A stretch of 32,000 nucleotides of DNA from Bacteroidales bacterium (GCA_045534635.1 JAZSKB010000039.1:74722-106721), one strand, 5' to 3'. Positions 8,828 through 16,445 are shown, counted from the stretch's first letter. Notes: generated from the letters alone by a model not told the origin. Numbers and translations are program-made.

Positions 8828-9578
8828 TAATTTGTGAATATAATTCGTTATTCTCGCAACCTATAAATTGACGACCTAATTTTTGAGCTATACGGCTTGT
8901 TGTTCCGCTACCACTAAATAAATCCAACACCAAATCATTTTCATTGCTACTTGCCAGTATCATCCTTTCAATCATTTCATCTGGTTTTATCGTAGGATGT
9001 AGTGGTTTCTGAATTTTTCCGTTCACTTTTATCTTGTGTCTTTGTGATGTTATTTCCCAAACATCATTACATAACTTTCCTTTTTCATTTGGAAACCATC
9101 TTTTCCCATCTTTCAATATGCCTTTTTTTGCAGCGTGAGCTATTCTATCTACCGAATCATATGGAACTCGAATAGAATCAGTATTAAATATATAATCATT
9201 TGATTTTGTATAAAATAAAATAGTTTCCTGTGCATTCACAAATTTCTTGCGAGTAGCACTGAAGCCATCTTTTTTATACCACGTTATCCAATTTCTAAGA
9301 ACAATAGGTTTTTCTCTTAAATGATTAAGTATGATTGCAGAATTATATGCATTATTGAATAGATATATGGACGCAGAGGATTTGCATTTTGATAGAAGTA
9401 TATCAATCCATTTGAATGTAAAATCAAAGTACTTACTTTCAGTTTTAAAAGTATCCCAATCTGCCTTATGCATATTGTATGGAGGGTCAGCAATAACTAA
9501 ATCAATAGAAGATTCTCCTAACATCGAAAGAAAATCAAAAACATCCGCTAAATAAATCCTATTGGTTTTCATAATCAA
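8796..9578 (-). CDS. Beta-class DNA N6-adenine methyltransferase, M.MboIIA-like (M1 subunit of a Type IIS system)
   Basis: 260 aa. Motif IV DPPY (VIADPPYN) precedes motif I (FSGSGTT), which is the beta-class order. Blocks such as KGILKDGKRWFPNEKGKLCNDVWEITSQRHKIKVNGK closely resemble M.MboIIA as I remember it (also 260 aa). The track start at 9578 is TTG. The ATG at 9572 (MKTNRIY) is more likely. Confidence 0.85.
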   Translation of the reverse strand: MIMKTNRIYLADVFDFLSMLGESSIDLVIADPPYNMHKADWDTFKTESKYFDFTFKWIDILLSKCKSSASIYLFNNAYNSAIILNHLREKPIVLRNWITWYKKDGFSATRKKFVNAQETILFYTKSNDYIFNTDSIRVPYDSVDRIAHAAKKGILKDGKRWFPNEKGKLCNDVWEITSQRHKIKVNGKIQKPLHPTIKPDEMIERMILASSNENDLVLDLFSGSGTTSRIAQKLGRQFIGCENNELYSQINEGEIQYERL

Positions 9579-10434
9579 CTAATTTTAGTTTTTTTTCTAT
9601 TAAAGGCTTATAATTTTCATAAATCTCATAACCCACATAGTATCGATTCAAAGATTTTGCCACTTTCAATGTTGTACCGCTACCAGCAAAAGGGTCTAAA
9701 ACAACATCGTCAACACAACTAAAAAGCCGTATACAACGATAAGGAATTGCTTCGGGCATTATAGCAGAGTGTTTTCCATATGCGATATCACTTTTATTTG
9801 GTATTGGTATGTCCCATATTTGCTTTGTGAAGGTCGTCCATTCTTGCTCAGAGAGTTTGCTTTTTTCCTTATTATCAGTAGTTGGAAACTCTGGGATACC
9901 ATCTTTTACATAAATAGTGATAAATTCTGTTGTATTTTGAGCATAAAAATTCCTTGGATAAGGATAACTTCCAAACATCAACCGTTTTGACGAATTAATT
10001 CTATTCCAAATATACAAATCCATCAAATACAAATTAGTGTTATTCAAAACACTCTGTTGAATACTACTTTGAATATCAAATATATGACGATTATAATGCG
10101 TAGTCATTTCTTTTTTAAACATGGGCATTAGAGGTACATTGATACACAATTTACCATTAGGTTTTAATACGCGTTCGCACTCTTTCCACACCGTTAGTAA
10201 AGAATCAATATACTCATCAAAATTTTGACAAGCACCAATGTCAACATCTTTGCTATTAGAATGTTTCTTAAACTGATAACCATCTTTTGAATAGTCTTTG
10301 ATATTAAAGTATGGTGGAGACGTTACAATTAGTTGCACACTTCCATTGGGCAATTCCAACATTTGTTCTGAACTATGCCAAAACACCTTATCCAAAAAAT
10401 TTGGTTTGTGTTTTTCCATTTTTTTACCTTGCAT
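9559..10434 (-). CDS. Beta-class DNA methyltransferase with an SPPY motif (probably N4-cytosine; M2 subunit)
   Basis: 291 aa. Motif IV TSPPYF is near the N-terminus, HSAIMPEAIPYRCI follows, and motif I DPFAGSGTT is near the C-terminus. SPPY is typical of m4C enzymes. An alternative start is MEKHKPNF at 10419. Confidence 0.8.
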   Translation of the reverse strand: MQGKKMEKHKPNFLDKVFWHSSEQMLELPNGSVQLIVTSPPYFNIKDYSKDGYQFKKHSNSKDVDIGACQNFDEYIDSLLTVWKECERVLKPNGKLCINVPLMPMFKKEMTTHYNRHIFDIQSSIQQSVLNNTNLYLMDLYIWNRINSSKRLMFGSYPYPRNFYAQNTTEFITIYVKDGIPEFPTTDNKEKSKLSEQEWTTFTKQIWDIPIPNKSDIAYGKHSAIMPEAIPYRCIRLFSCVDDVVLDPFAGSGTTLKVAKSLNRYYVGYEIYENYKPLIEKKLKLVDYENQ

Positions 10435-10439
10435 TTTAG

Positions 10440-10650
10440 GCGTTTAGCATCTATCGGATTTTCAGGCATCTTTAGGACATAAAAAATGTGGACTCTGACA
10501 TTATCCACATTCTAAAGGCCCTGAGATTGCCTGATTCCTTAGATAAGCCAAAGCCCACGCAAGCGTAGGCATTTACTGACTTATTCTTCAAGGAATCTAT
10601 ATCTAACAATTTCTCAGGTTCTTAGAATGTTCCGAATAAATAGCAAACGC
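10440..10650 (-). ncRNA. Candidate structured RNA (unassigned family; 6S-like rod or 5' leader of the R-M operon)
   Basis: GC-enriched island in AT-rich spacer. Nested helices (plus-strand coordinates): 10440-45/10645-50, 10447-48/10643-44, 10454-58/10631-35, 10520-26/10612-18, 10527-29/10607-09, 10533-40/10590-97, 10541-49/10579-88, and an apical hairpin 10553-59/10564-70. There is also a side hairpin 10470-75/10512-17 with 10485-92/10504-11. Two positions are C.A mismatches on the plus strand but G.U pairs on the minus strand. This favours a minus-strand transcript. Confidence 0.4.
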
Positions 10651-10754
10651 TATGATTAATACTATTTTATTTTAAATTTCTATTTTCTATATATTTTTTA
10701 TTTAATTAAAAATCAATTATATATTACTTTTCACAAAGATGAAGAAGTAATTTA

Positions 10755-10762
10755 CAAAGATA
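10755..10762 (-). promoter_or_regulatory. Bacteroidota-type -7 box (TAtcTTTG on the minus strand) upstream of the structured element and R-M operon
   Basis: The plus strand reads caaagata. It lies about 105 nt upstream of the structured element and about 320 nt upstream of the M2 ATG. No other TAnnTTTG was noticed between it and the operon. Confidence 0.35.
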
Positions 10763-10820
10763 TATCTTTTTTAACACAAATTTATTTTTTTAGAAAAAAT
10801 TTTGTTTTCAGTCACTTTTT

Positions 10821-10850
10821 TTCGGAGTCTGAGCCTGCCGAAGACAACGA
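10821..10850. repeat. Hairpin repeat unit U1 (loop in reverse orientation, G variant)
   Basis: gtct-gagcctgccga-agac (10827..10845). The alternative stem is ttcgg/ccgaa. It is the reverse complement of unit U5 at 15733..15751. Confidence 0.7.
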
Positions 10851-10866
10851 AAAAACTCATGAAATA

Positions 10867-10893
10867 CGGAGGTTTCGACAGGCTCAACCTCCG
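10867..10893. repeat. Hairpin repeat unit U2 (loop forward)
   Basis: cggaggtt-tcgacaggctc-aacctccg: an 8-bp perfect stem with an 11-nt loop. Confidence 0.8.
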
Positions 10894-10910
10894 AAGATAA
10901 AACTCATGAA

Positions 10911-10943
10911 TTTCGGTGTCTGAGCCTGTCGAAGACACCGAAA
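10911..10943. repeat. Hairpin repeat unit U3 (loop reverse)
   Basis: tttcggtgtct-gagcctgtcga-agacaccgaaa: an 11-bp perfect stem. The loop is the exact reverse complement of the U2/U4 loop. An orphan copy of the 3' arm (agacaccgaa) lies at 10951..10960. Confidence 0.8.
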
Positions 10944-11006
10944 GAAAAACAGACACCGAAAAAAAACACAAAAGCAATGACGTTGCAGAAATAGTATTTA
11001 TTTTTT

Positions 11007-11032
11007 CGGAGGTTTCGACAGGCTCAACCTCC
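11007..11032. repeat. Hairpin repeat unit U4 (loop forward)
   Basis: cggaggtttcgacaggctcaacctcc is identical to the first 26 nt of U2. Confidence 0.8.
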
Positions 11033-11085
11033 ATTGATAAAAAAATATAAAAGCAACAATGTTGCAAAAAAATGTTATCTTTGCA
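11020..11085 (+). repeat. About 66-bp intergenic module, copy A (hairpin 3' half, A-tract, gcaacaatgttgc mini-hairpin, TAnnTTTG)
   Basis: aggctcaacctccattgataaaaaaatataaaagcaacaatgttgcaaaaaaatgt-tatctttgca. It is near-identical to 15761..15827. The differences are one substitution, two 1-nt homopolymer length changes and one 1-nt indel before the -7 box. Confidence 0.8.
11076..11083 (+). promoter_or_regulatory. Bacteroidota-type -7 box (TAtcTTTG) upstream of dnaG
   Basis: TATCTTTG lies 50 nt upstream of the dnaG ATG, inside repeat module copy A. Confidence 0.45.
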
Positions 11086-11132
11086 TTTGTAAAAGAACAC
11101 ATACTGTTCCTTTATAAAATATTGTTTTCGTT

Positions 11133-13175
11133 ATGATTAAGCCAGAAGACAGAGATAGGATATTAGATGCATGTCGTATAGAAGAAGTTGTCGGGGACTT
11201 TGTAAGTCTTACTCGTCGAGGAACTTCTTACGTTGGATTATGTCCATTTCACGCTGAAAAAACACCATCATTTCATGTAACACCATCAAAAAATATATGC
11301 AAATGTTTTGGTTGTGGAGAAGGTGGAGATTCTGCAAGTTTTATAATGAAACATGAACATTATTCTTATCCTGAAGCATTACGATATTTAGCAAAAAAAT
11401 ACGGCATAGAAATCAAAGAAGAGGAACAAACACCCGAAGAAATCAAAAATTACAACGAACGAGAAAAACAATTTTCTGTAAATAATTATGCCAAAAACTA
11501 TTTTATTGAACAATTGCTTCAGACAGAAGAAGGTCGTAACATTGCACTATCCTATTTTAAACAAAGAGGTTACGATAACAAAACAATAGAAAAATTTCAA
11601 CTTGGATATTGCCCCAAAAGCAAAGATAGTTTTACCCAAGAAGCACTTCGTAACGGATATAATATAGACACACTCAAAGATGCAGGATTGAGTATAATAA
11701 AAGGAGACAACGATTATATTGATAAATTTAGAGAAAGGGTTATTTTCCCTATTCAAAATATTTCTGGTCGAACAATAGCATTTGGCGGAAGAATTATGTC
11801 TTCTGGACAAAACGAAAAAACCGCAAAATACATCAATAGTCCAGAAACATTAATTTATCACAAAAGTGATGTTTTATATGGTATTTTCCTTGCTAAAAGT
11901 GCCATTAGTAAACAAGACAAATGTTATCTTGTTGAAGGTTATGCCGATGTAATATCAATGCACCAGTTAGGCATTGAAAATGTTGTTGCCTCTTCTGGAA
12001 CGTCGCTCACCTCTGGACAAATAAAACTTATCAAACGTTTTACCAATAATATTACCATTATCTACGATGGCGATAATGCTGGTATCAAAGCCGCTCTAAA
12101 AGGAGTTTCTTTGATATTGCAAGAAGATATGAACGTTCGTGTAGTTTTGTTGCCAGAAAAAGAAGACCCCGATTCTTTTGCACAAGCACATACATTAGAA
12201 GAAACGCAAGATTATATTGATAAACATGAACAAAGTTTTATCGAATTTAAAATCCAACTTTTATTACAAAACGCTGGCAACGATTTGGGCAAACGTGCTG
12301 ATGCTATTTCAAATATCGCAGCAGATATTGCTTTAATAAAAGATAGACTCAAAAGGGCTTTGTTTATCAAACAATGTAGTACTTTGCTCAATATTTCTGA
12401 GGAAGATTTGGCTTCAAGTGTCCAAAAATCTTATCAAAAAATATTTTACCAACAAAAAGGAAATTTTAGCACTTCTGAAACAGCACAAAATACTGAAATT
12501 GAAATAATTTCTCCTCAAAAAAAACATCCAAAAGAATTATTACCGCTCAAATCTGATTCAATATTAGATATTGCAGAACGAGAATTATTAAAATTGCTCA
12601 TAAATAAAGGATGTTCTATTATTAATCTTCCGCAAGAAGATGATAACGAAGAATATACACCCATTTTTGAAAGATTGGACAATTATATTTTTCAAGATTT
12701 ATATCAGTTAGATGACGAATTAACATTGAACAATCATGGTATCAACAATCCGCTTTATCGTAAATTGTTTGATATGTATGCCAATTATGCAGAAAAATAC
12801 AATACCAATCCCATAGAAATGATACTCAAAAATGAAGCCGAACAACATGAAATTTGCGATTTGATAATTGAACTTACCAATATAGAAACATTTTCAGAAA
12901 AAGAAAGCAACAATTATATAAAAGGAAATCAACAAAATAACGAAACCATCAAAACCATAGACAACGACCCTTCTAAATTACACGAACACGCTATTCGCAT
13001 TCTACAAAGGATTCGTTTGTTTTGGGTGCAAAAATGCAGAAATACTTTCATTGACAAACTAAACAATCCCAATTTATCGGAAGAAGAAATTGATAAAATA
13101 TTTAAAAAAATCGAAGAATTGAATAGTCTAAACCTTAAAATGGAAAATATTTTAGGGACCTCATATCGTGAATAA
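11133..13175 (+). CDS. dnaG: DNA primase
   Basis: Has the zinc-binding motif CPFHAEKTPSFHV..CFGCGEGGD and the TOPRIM motifs (LVEGYADVI, IYDGDNAG). Length 680 aa. Confidence 0.92.
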   Translation: MIKPEDRDRILDACRIEEVVGDFVSLTRRGTSYVGLCPFHAEKTPSFHVTPSKNICKCFGCGEGGDSASFIMKHEHYSYPEALRYLAKKYGIEIKEEEQTPEEIKNYNEREKQFSVNNYAKNYFIEQLLQTEEGRNIALSYFKQRGYDNKTIEKFQLGYCPKSKDSFTQEALRNGYNIDTLKDAGLSIIKGDNDYIDKFRERVIFPIQNISGRTIAFGGRIMSSGQNEKTAKYINSPETLIYHKSDVLYGIFLAKSAISKQDKCYLVEGYADVISMHQLGIENVVASSGTSLTSGQIKLIKRFTNNITIIYDGDNAGIKAALKGVSLILQEDMNVRVVLLPEKEDPDSFAQAHTLEETQDYIDKHEQSFIEFKIQLLLQNAGNDLGKRADAISNIAADIALIKDRLKRALFIKQCSTLLNISEEDLASSVQKSYQKIFYQQKGNFSTSETAQNTEIEIISPQKKHPKELLPLKSDSILDIAERELLKLLINKGCSIINLPQEDDNEEYTPIFERLDNYIFQDLYQLDDELTLNNHGINNPLYRKLFDMYANYAEKYNTNPIEMILKNEAEQHEICDLIIELTNIETFSEKESNNYIKGNQQNNETIKTIDNDPSKLHEHAIRILQRIRLFWVQKCRNTFIDKLNNPNLSEEEIDKIFKKIEELNSLNLKMENILGTSYRE

Positions 13176-13177
13176 TT

Positions 13178-15652
13178 ATGCAAGATGTTTATGTAGATGT
13201 TTTATTACCATTATCATTAAGTAATACTTTTACTTATAGAGCGACTCAATTTTCTGAAAATCTTGCTATTGGAAAAAGAGTTCTTATTAATTTTGGCAAA
13301 AATAAATTTTATTCTGCACTTATTTACAACATACATCAACAACGCCCACAAGGATATATTATTAAAGATGTTTTATCAATTTTAGATACTCAACCAATTG
13401 TAAACAAAGTTCAATTAGAATTTTGGAAATGGATTGCCAATTACTATATGTGTTCTATTGGAGAAGTTATGGCAGCGGCTTTACCTTCTGTATTTCAACT
13501 TAGTAGCGAAACTTTAGTTGCTATTCACCCAGATTTCAATGGAGACATTTCTTCTCTCAATCATCAAGAGATTGCTATTTTAGAATTGTTAGAACAACAA
13601 AAAACCGCAAATTTTAAAGACATCTCAAAAACATTGGGAAATGTTTACGTAATGAGTCAAGTTAGAAATATGATTGACAAATCTTTGCTTATTTTATGCG
13701 AAGATATTGAAGAAAAATTTCGACAACGACAAGAAACATTTATTGAACTTTCAACAAAATATCAAAATGATGAATCTGCACTTAGTCAATTATTCAACGA
13801 TTTAGAGAAAAGTAAAAAAACACACCAACAAGCAGACGCATTGCTTGCATTTTTAGCACTATGCCAACAAAAAGGGATTCAAAAATTAAAAAAATCCGAA
13901 CTTTTGTTACAATCCTCTATCACAGAAAGCAGACTCTCGTCATTAATAAAGAAAGGTATTTTAAATAGTTGTCAAATGCCTGTAAGCCGTTGGACATATC
14001 ATTCTAATACAAACGAAGTTGATAATATTCAACTTAGTACACAACAAAATACTGCCTTTCAATCTATATTGAATTCATTTCAAGAAAAAAATAGCGTTTT
14101 ACTTCACGGTGTCACAGGGAGTGGTAAAACAGAAATATATATCAAACTAATACAACATTATATAAATCAAGATAAACAAATACTTTATTTATTACCAGAG
14201 ATAGCACTTACAGAACAAATTATCAATCGATTACGAGCATATTTCGGAGATAATGTAGGTATTTATCATTCAAAATATAATCCGCAACAACGGGCAGAAA
14301 TTTGGCAAGAACAACTAAAAAAACAAAACAAACGTTTCAAAATTATTTTAGGCACTCGTTCTGCTATATTTTTACCTTTTGACAATCTTGGTTTAATCAT
14401 CGTTGACGAGGAACACGATAGTTCTTACAAACAATTTGACCCTGCTCCCCGTTACAATGCTCGTGATGCGGCTATGATTTTGGCTCAAAAATTTAAAGCA
14501 AAAGTATTGCTCGGTTCTGCAACACCTTGTTTAGAATCTTATTACAATGCAAAAATAAATAAATACGCGTATATTTCTCTTAATGAGCGTTTTGGCAGAC
14601 TACAACTTCCTCAATTAGAACTTATTGATATAAAAAAAGCCTCTTTCGCTCATCAAATGAAATCGCATTATTCTCAACAACTTTTAGACAAAATTCAAGA
14701 AACATTGGATAAAAATCAACAAGTAATATTGTTTCAGAATAGGCGTGGTTTTTCCTTACATTTGGAATGTCCTCAATGCGGTTACATTCCACATTGTAAA
14801 CATTGCGACGTTACGCTCACCTATCATAAAAAAAGCAATAATCTTCGTTGTCACTATTGCGGTTTCGCTATCGCAGTAACAAATACTTGTCCTCAATGTG
14901 GACACAATACACTGGAAATGAAAGGTTTTGGAACAGAAAAAGTTGAAGATGAACTAAAACAATATTTTCCTAATGCAAAAATTGTTCGTTTAGACCATGA
15001 TTCTACTCGAAACAAAAATGCTCATAATCAAATTATTGATGATTTTCAAAATGGGCGTACCAACATTTTAGTCGGTACTCAAATGGTAACAAAAGGATTA
15101 GATTTCGACAATGTAAATCTTGTTGGAGTGCTCAACGCTGACAATATGCTCAATTTTCCAGATTTTCGTGCTTACGAAAGAACTTTTCAACTGCTAATGC
15201 AAGTAAGTGGACGGGCTGGACGAAAGAAAGAACAAGGTTTAGTTATCATTCAAACAAGAAACCCTCAACACGATATTTTTAAATATCTAAAAAACAACGA
15301 TTACAATTCGCTAATCGAACGGTTGATTGTTGAAAGAAAAAAATTTTTCTACCCACCTTGGTCTCGATTGATAAAAATAGGAATACAACATCATAATCAA
15401 GATTTTCTTGATATGGCTTCTGCTCAATTCGCGACAATATTACGGAAACACATCTCTATTCCAATTTATGGTCCAGAATATGCTCTCATTACCAAGTTAA
15501 AAAACAAATTTCGTAAAGAAATTACTATAAAACTCCCTATAAATAAGAATCTGGAACTCTATAAACAACAAATTTTAATTGCAATACAAGAAACCAGAAC
15601 GCTAAAAAATTACTCTTCGTTGACATTCGTTTTAGATGTTGACAATTACTAA
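13178..15652 (+). CDS. priA: Primosomal protein N' (replication restart helicase PriA)
   Basis: Has Walker A GVTGSGKTE, the DEEH box (IVDEEHD), a Cys-rich zinc ribbon (CPQCGY..CKHCD..CHYCG..CPQCG) and helicase motif VI QVSGRAGR. Length 824 aa. Confidence 0.92.
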   Translation: MQDVYVDVLLPLSLSNTFTYRATQFSENLAIGKRVLINFGKNKFYSALIYNIHQQRPQGYIIKDVLSILDTQPIVNKVQLEFWKWIANYYMCSIGEVMAAALPSVFQLSSETLVAIHPDFNGDISSLNHQEIAILELLEQQKTANFKDISKTLGNVYVMSQVRNMIDKSLLILCEDIEEKFRQRQETFIELSTKYQNDESALSQLFNDLEKSKKTHQQADALLAFLALCQQKGIQKLKKSELLLQSSITESRLSSLIKKGILNSCQMPVSRWTYHSNTNEVDNIQLSTQQNTAFQSILNSFQEKNSVLLHGVTGSGKTEIYIKLIQHYINQDKQILYLLPEIALTEQIINRLRAYFGDNVGIYHSKYNPQQRAEIWQEQLKKQNKRFKIILGTRSAIFLPFDNLGLIIVDEEHDSSYKQFDPAPRYNARDAAMILAQKFKAKVLLGSATPCLESYYNAKINKYAYISLNERFGRLQLPQLELIDIKKASFAHQMKSHYSQQLLDKIQETLDKNQQVILFQNRRGFSLHLECPQCGYIPHCKHCDVTLTYHKKSNNLRCHYCGFAIAVTNTCPQCGHNTLEMKGFGTEKVEDELKQYFPNAKIVRLDHDSTRNKNAHNQIIDDFQNGRTNILVGTQMVTKGLDFDNVNLVGVLNADNMLNFPDFRAYERTFQLLMQVSGRAGRKKEQGLVIIQTRNPQHDIFKYLKNNDYNSLIERLIVERKKFFYPPWSRLIKIGIQHHNQDFLDMASAQFATILRKHISIPIYGPEYALITKLKNKFRKEITIKLPINKNLELYKQQILIAIQETRTLKNYSSLTFVLDVDNY

Positions 15653-15731
15653 CAAAACTTTGTTGCTCAACACTAAACAATTCATTATTAAACACATAGA
15701 ACACATCACACATAGTCTATTTATTATTTCG

Positions 15732-15752
15732 ATGTCTTCGGCAGGCTCAGAC
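15732..15752. repeat. Hairpin repeat unit U5 (loop forward, G variant)
   Basis: tgtct-tcggcaggctc-agaca. It is the reverse complement of U1. Confidence 0.7.
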
Positions 15753-15760
15753 ACCCGACT

Positions 15761-15827
15761 TAGGCTCAACCTCCATTGATAAAAAAATATAAAAGCAACA
15801 ACGTTGCAAAAAATGTCTATTTTTGTA
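15761..15827 (+). repeat. About 66-bp intergenic module, copy B
   Basis: aggctcaacctccattgataaaaaaaatataaaagcaacaacgttgcaaaaaatgtctatttttgta. See copy A. Here the 5' arm of the hairpin is degenerate (cccgactt). Confidence 0.8.
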
Positions 15828-15931
15828 CAAAAGTAGCATTATTTTATTTTTTTGGAAAAAAACAATCCCTATTTATAACTTTCCAAGTTGAATTTATAAT
15901 TATAAATTTCATTTTGCATTAAAAAAAATGT

Positions 15932-15939
15932 TACCTTTG
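15932..15939 (+). promoter_or_regulatory. Bacteroidota-type -7 box (TAccTTTG) upstream of the DUF1573 gene
   Basis: TACCTTTG lies 26 nt upstream of the ATG at 15965. Confidence 0.5.
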
Positions 15940-15964
15940 CAAAAAGTTATAAATACAAAAAATA

Positions 15965-16423
15965 ATGAACTTGATAAATAAGTTGATAAAAATATTAACA
16001 GCGATTTTCGTTGTTTTTTTTATAATAAGTTGCCAAAGAAATTCTCAACAAAATATTGATACATCTGTTGTGAATATTCCAATTAGTGCAGACAAAAGTG
16101 ATAGTTCTACTATGCCTAAAATCACTTTTGAAAGTTTAAATCATGATTTTGGAACCCTAATGCAAGGAGAAAAAGTAAGTTATACTTACCATTTTACCAA
16201 TACAGGAAAATCTCCTTTAATTGTTTCAGCCGTAATACCTTCATGTGGTTGCACGGTAGCCCAATTTACACGAACCCCAATTCTTCCTAGCAAAAAAGGA
16301 GAAATTTGTATCAATTTCAATACAGAAACAAAACAAGGTCTTGTTAATAGTAGCATTGTTGTACAAGCCAATACCTACCCTTCTGAAACAAGATTATCAT
16401 TTACAGCAACCGTAAAAAAATAA
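15965..16423 (+). CDS. DUF1573 domain lipoprotein
   Basis: Has a lipoprotein signal peptide (..FFIISCQ) and the DUF1573 signature FDFGTLMQGEKVSYTYHFTNTGKSPLIVSAVIPSCGCTV. The position before yajC is typical for Bacteroidota. Confidence 0.8.
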   Translation: MNLINKLIKILTAIFVVFFIISCQRNSQQNIDTSVVNIPISADKSDSSTMPKITFESLNHDFGTLMQGEKVSYTYHFTNTGKSPLIVSAVIPSCGCTVAQFTRTPILPSKKGEICINFNTETKQGLVNSSIVVQANTYPSETRLSFTATVKK

Positions 16424-16445
16424 AAAACATTAAAATATATATACA

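Noticed and set aside
10501-10572. 23-codon minus-strand ORF (MPTLAWALAYLRNQAISGPLECG) inside the structured element
   Set aside because: It is short, overlaps the best-paired helices, and has nothing to distinguish it from chance. It is noted only as a possible leader peptide if the region proves to be an attenuator.
10440-10650. tmRNA, group I/II intron fragment or tRNA-like element as the identity of the structured region
   Set aside because: There is no tRNA-like acceptor/T-arm (no GGTTCGA..CCA end), no tag-peptide reading frame with resume codon context, and no intron domain V-like hairpin that I could see. It is left as unassigned or 6S-like.
10827-10941. GAAGAC/GAAGA sites inside the hairpin repeats next to a putative GAAGA-type (MboII-like) R-M system
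   Set aside because: It is tempting to link them. However, GAAGA occurs frequently throughout this AT/purine-rich window, including inside core genes, and the specificity of the system is not established. No enrichment can be claimed without counting.
10821-11033. Possible CRISPR array (short repeats with spacers of about 20 nt)
   Set aside because: There are only four units, and they alternate in orientation. The spacers are related to one another (aaaactcatgaa), the repeats are perfect palindromes with a shared loop, and there are no cas genes. It behaves like a REP/MITE-type family, not CRISPR.
10771-11100. 109-aa minus-strand ORF in the track
   Set aside because: It lies entirely on the palindromic repeat array. 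Its sequence (runs of SETS/VSVF and similar) is a translation of the hairpin units, no promoter or homology is evident, and it reads away from any operon. It is almost certainly spurious.
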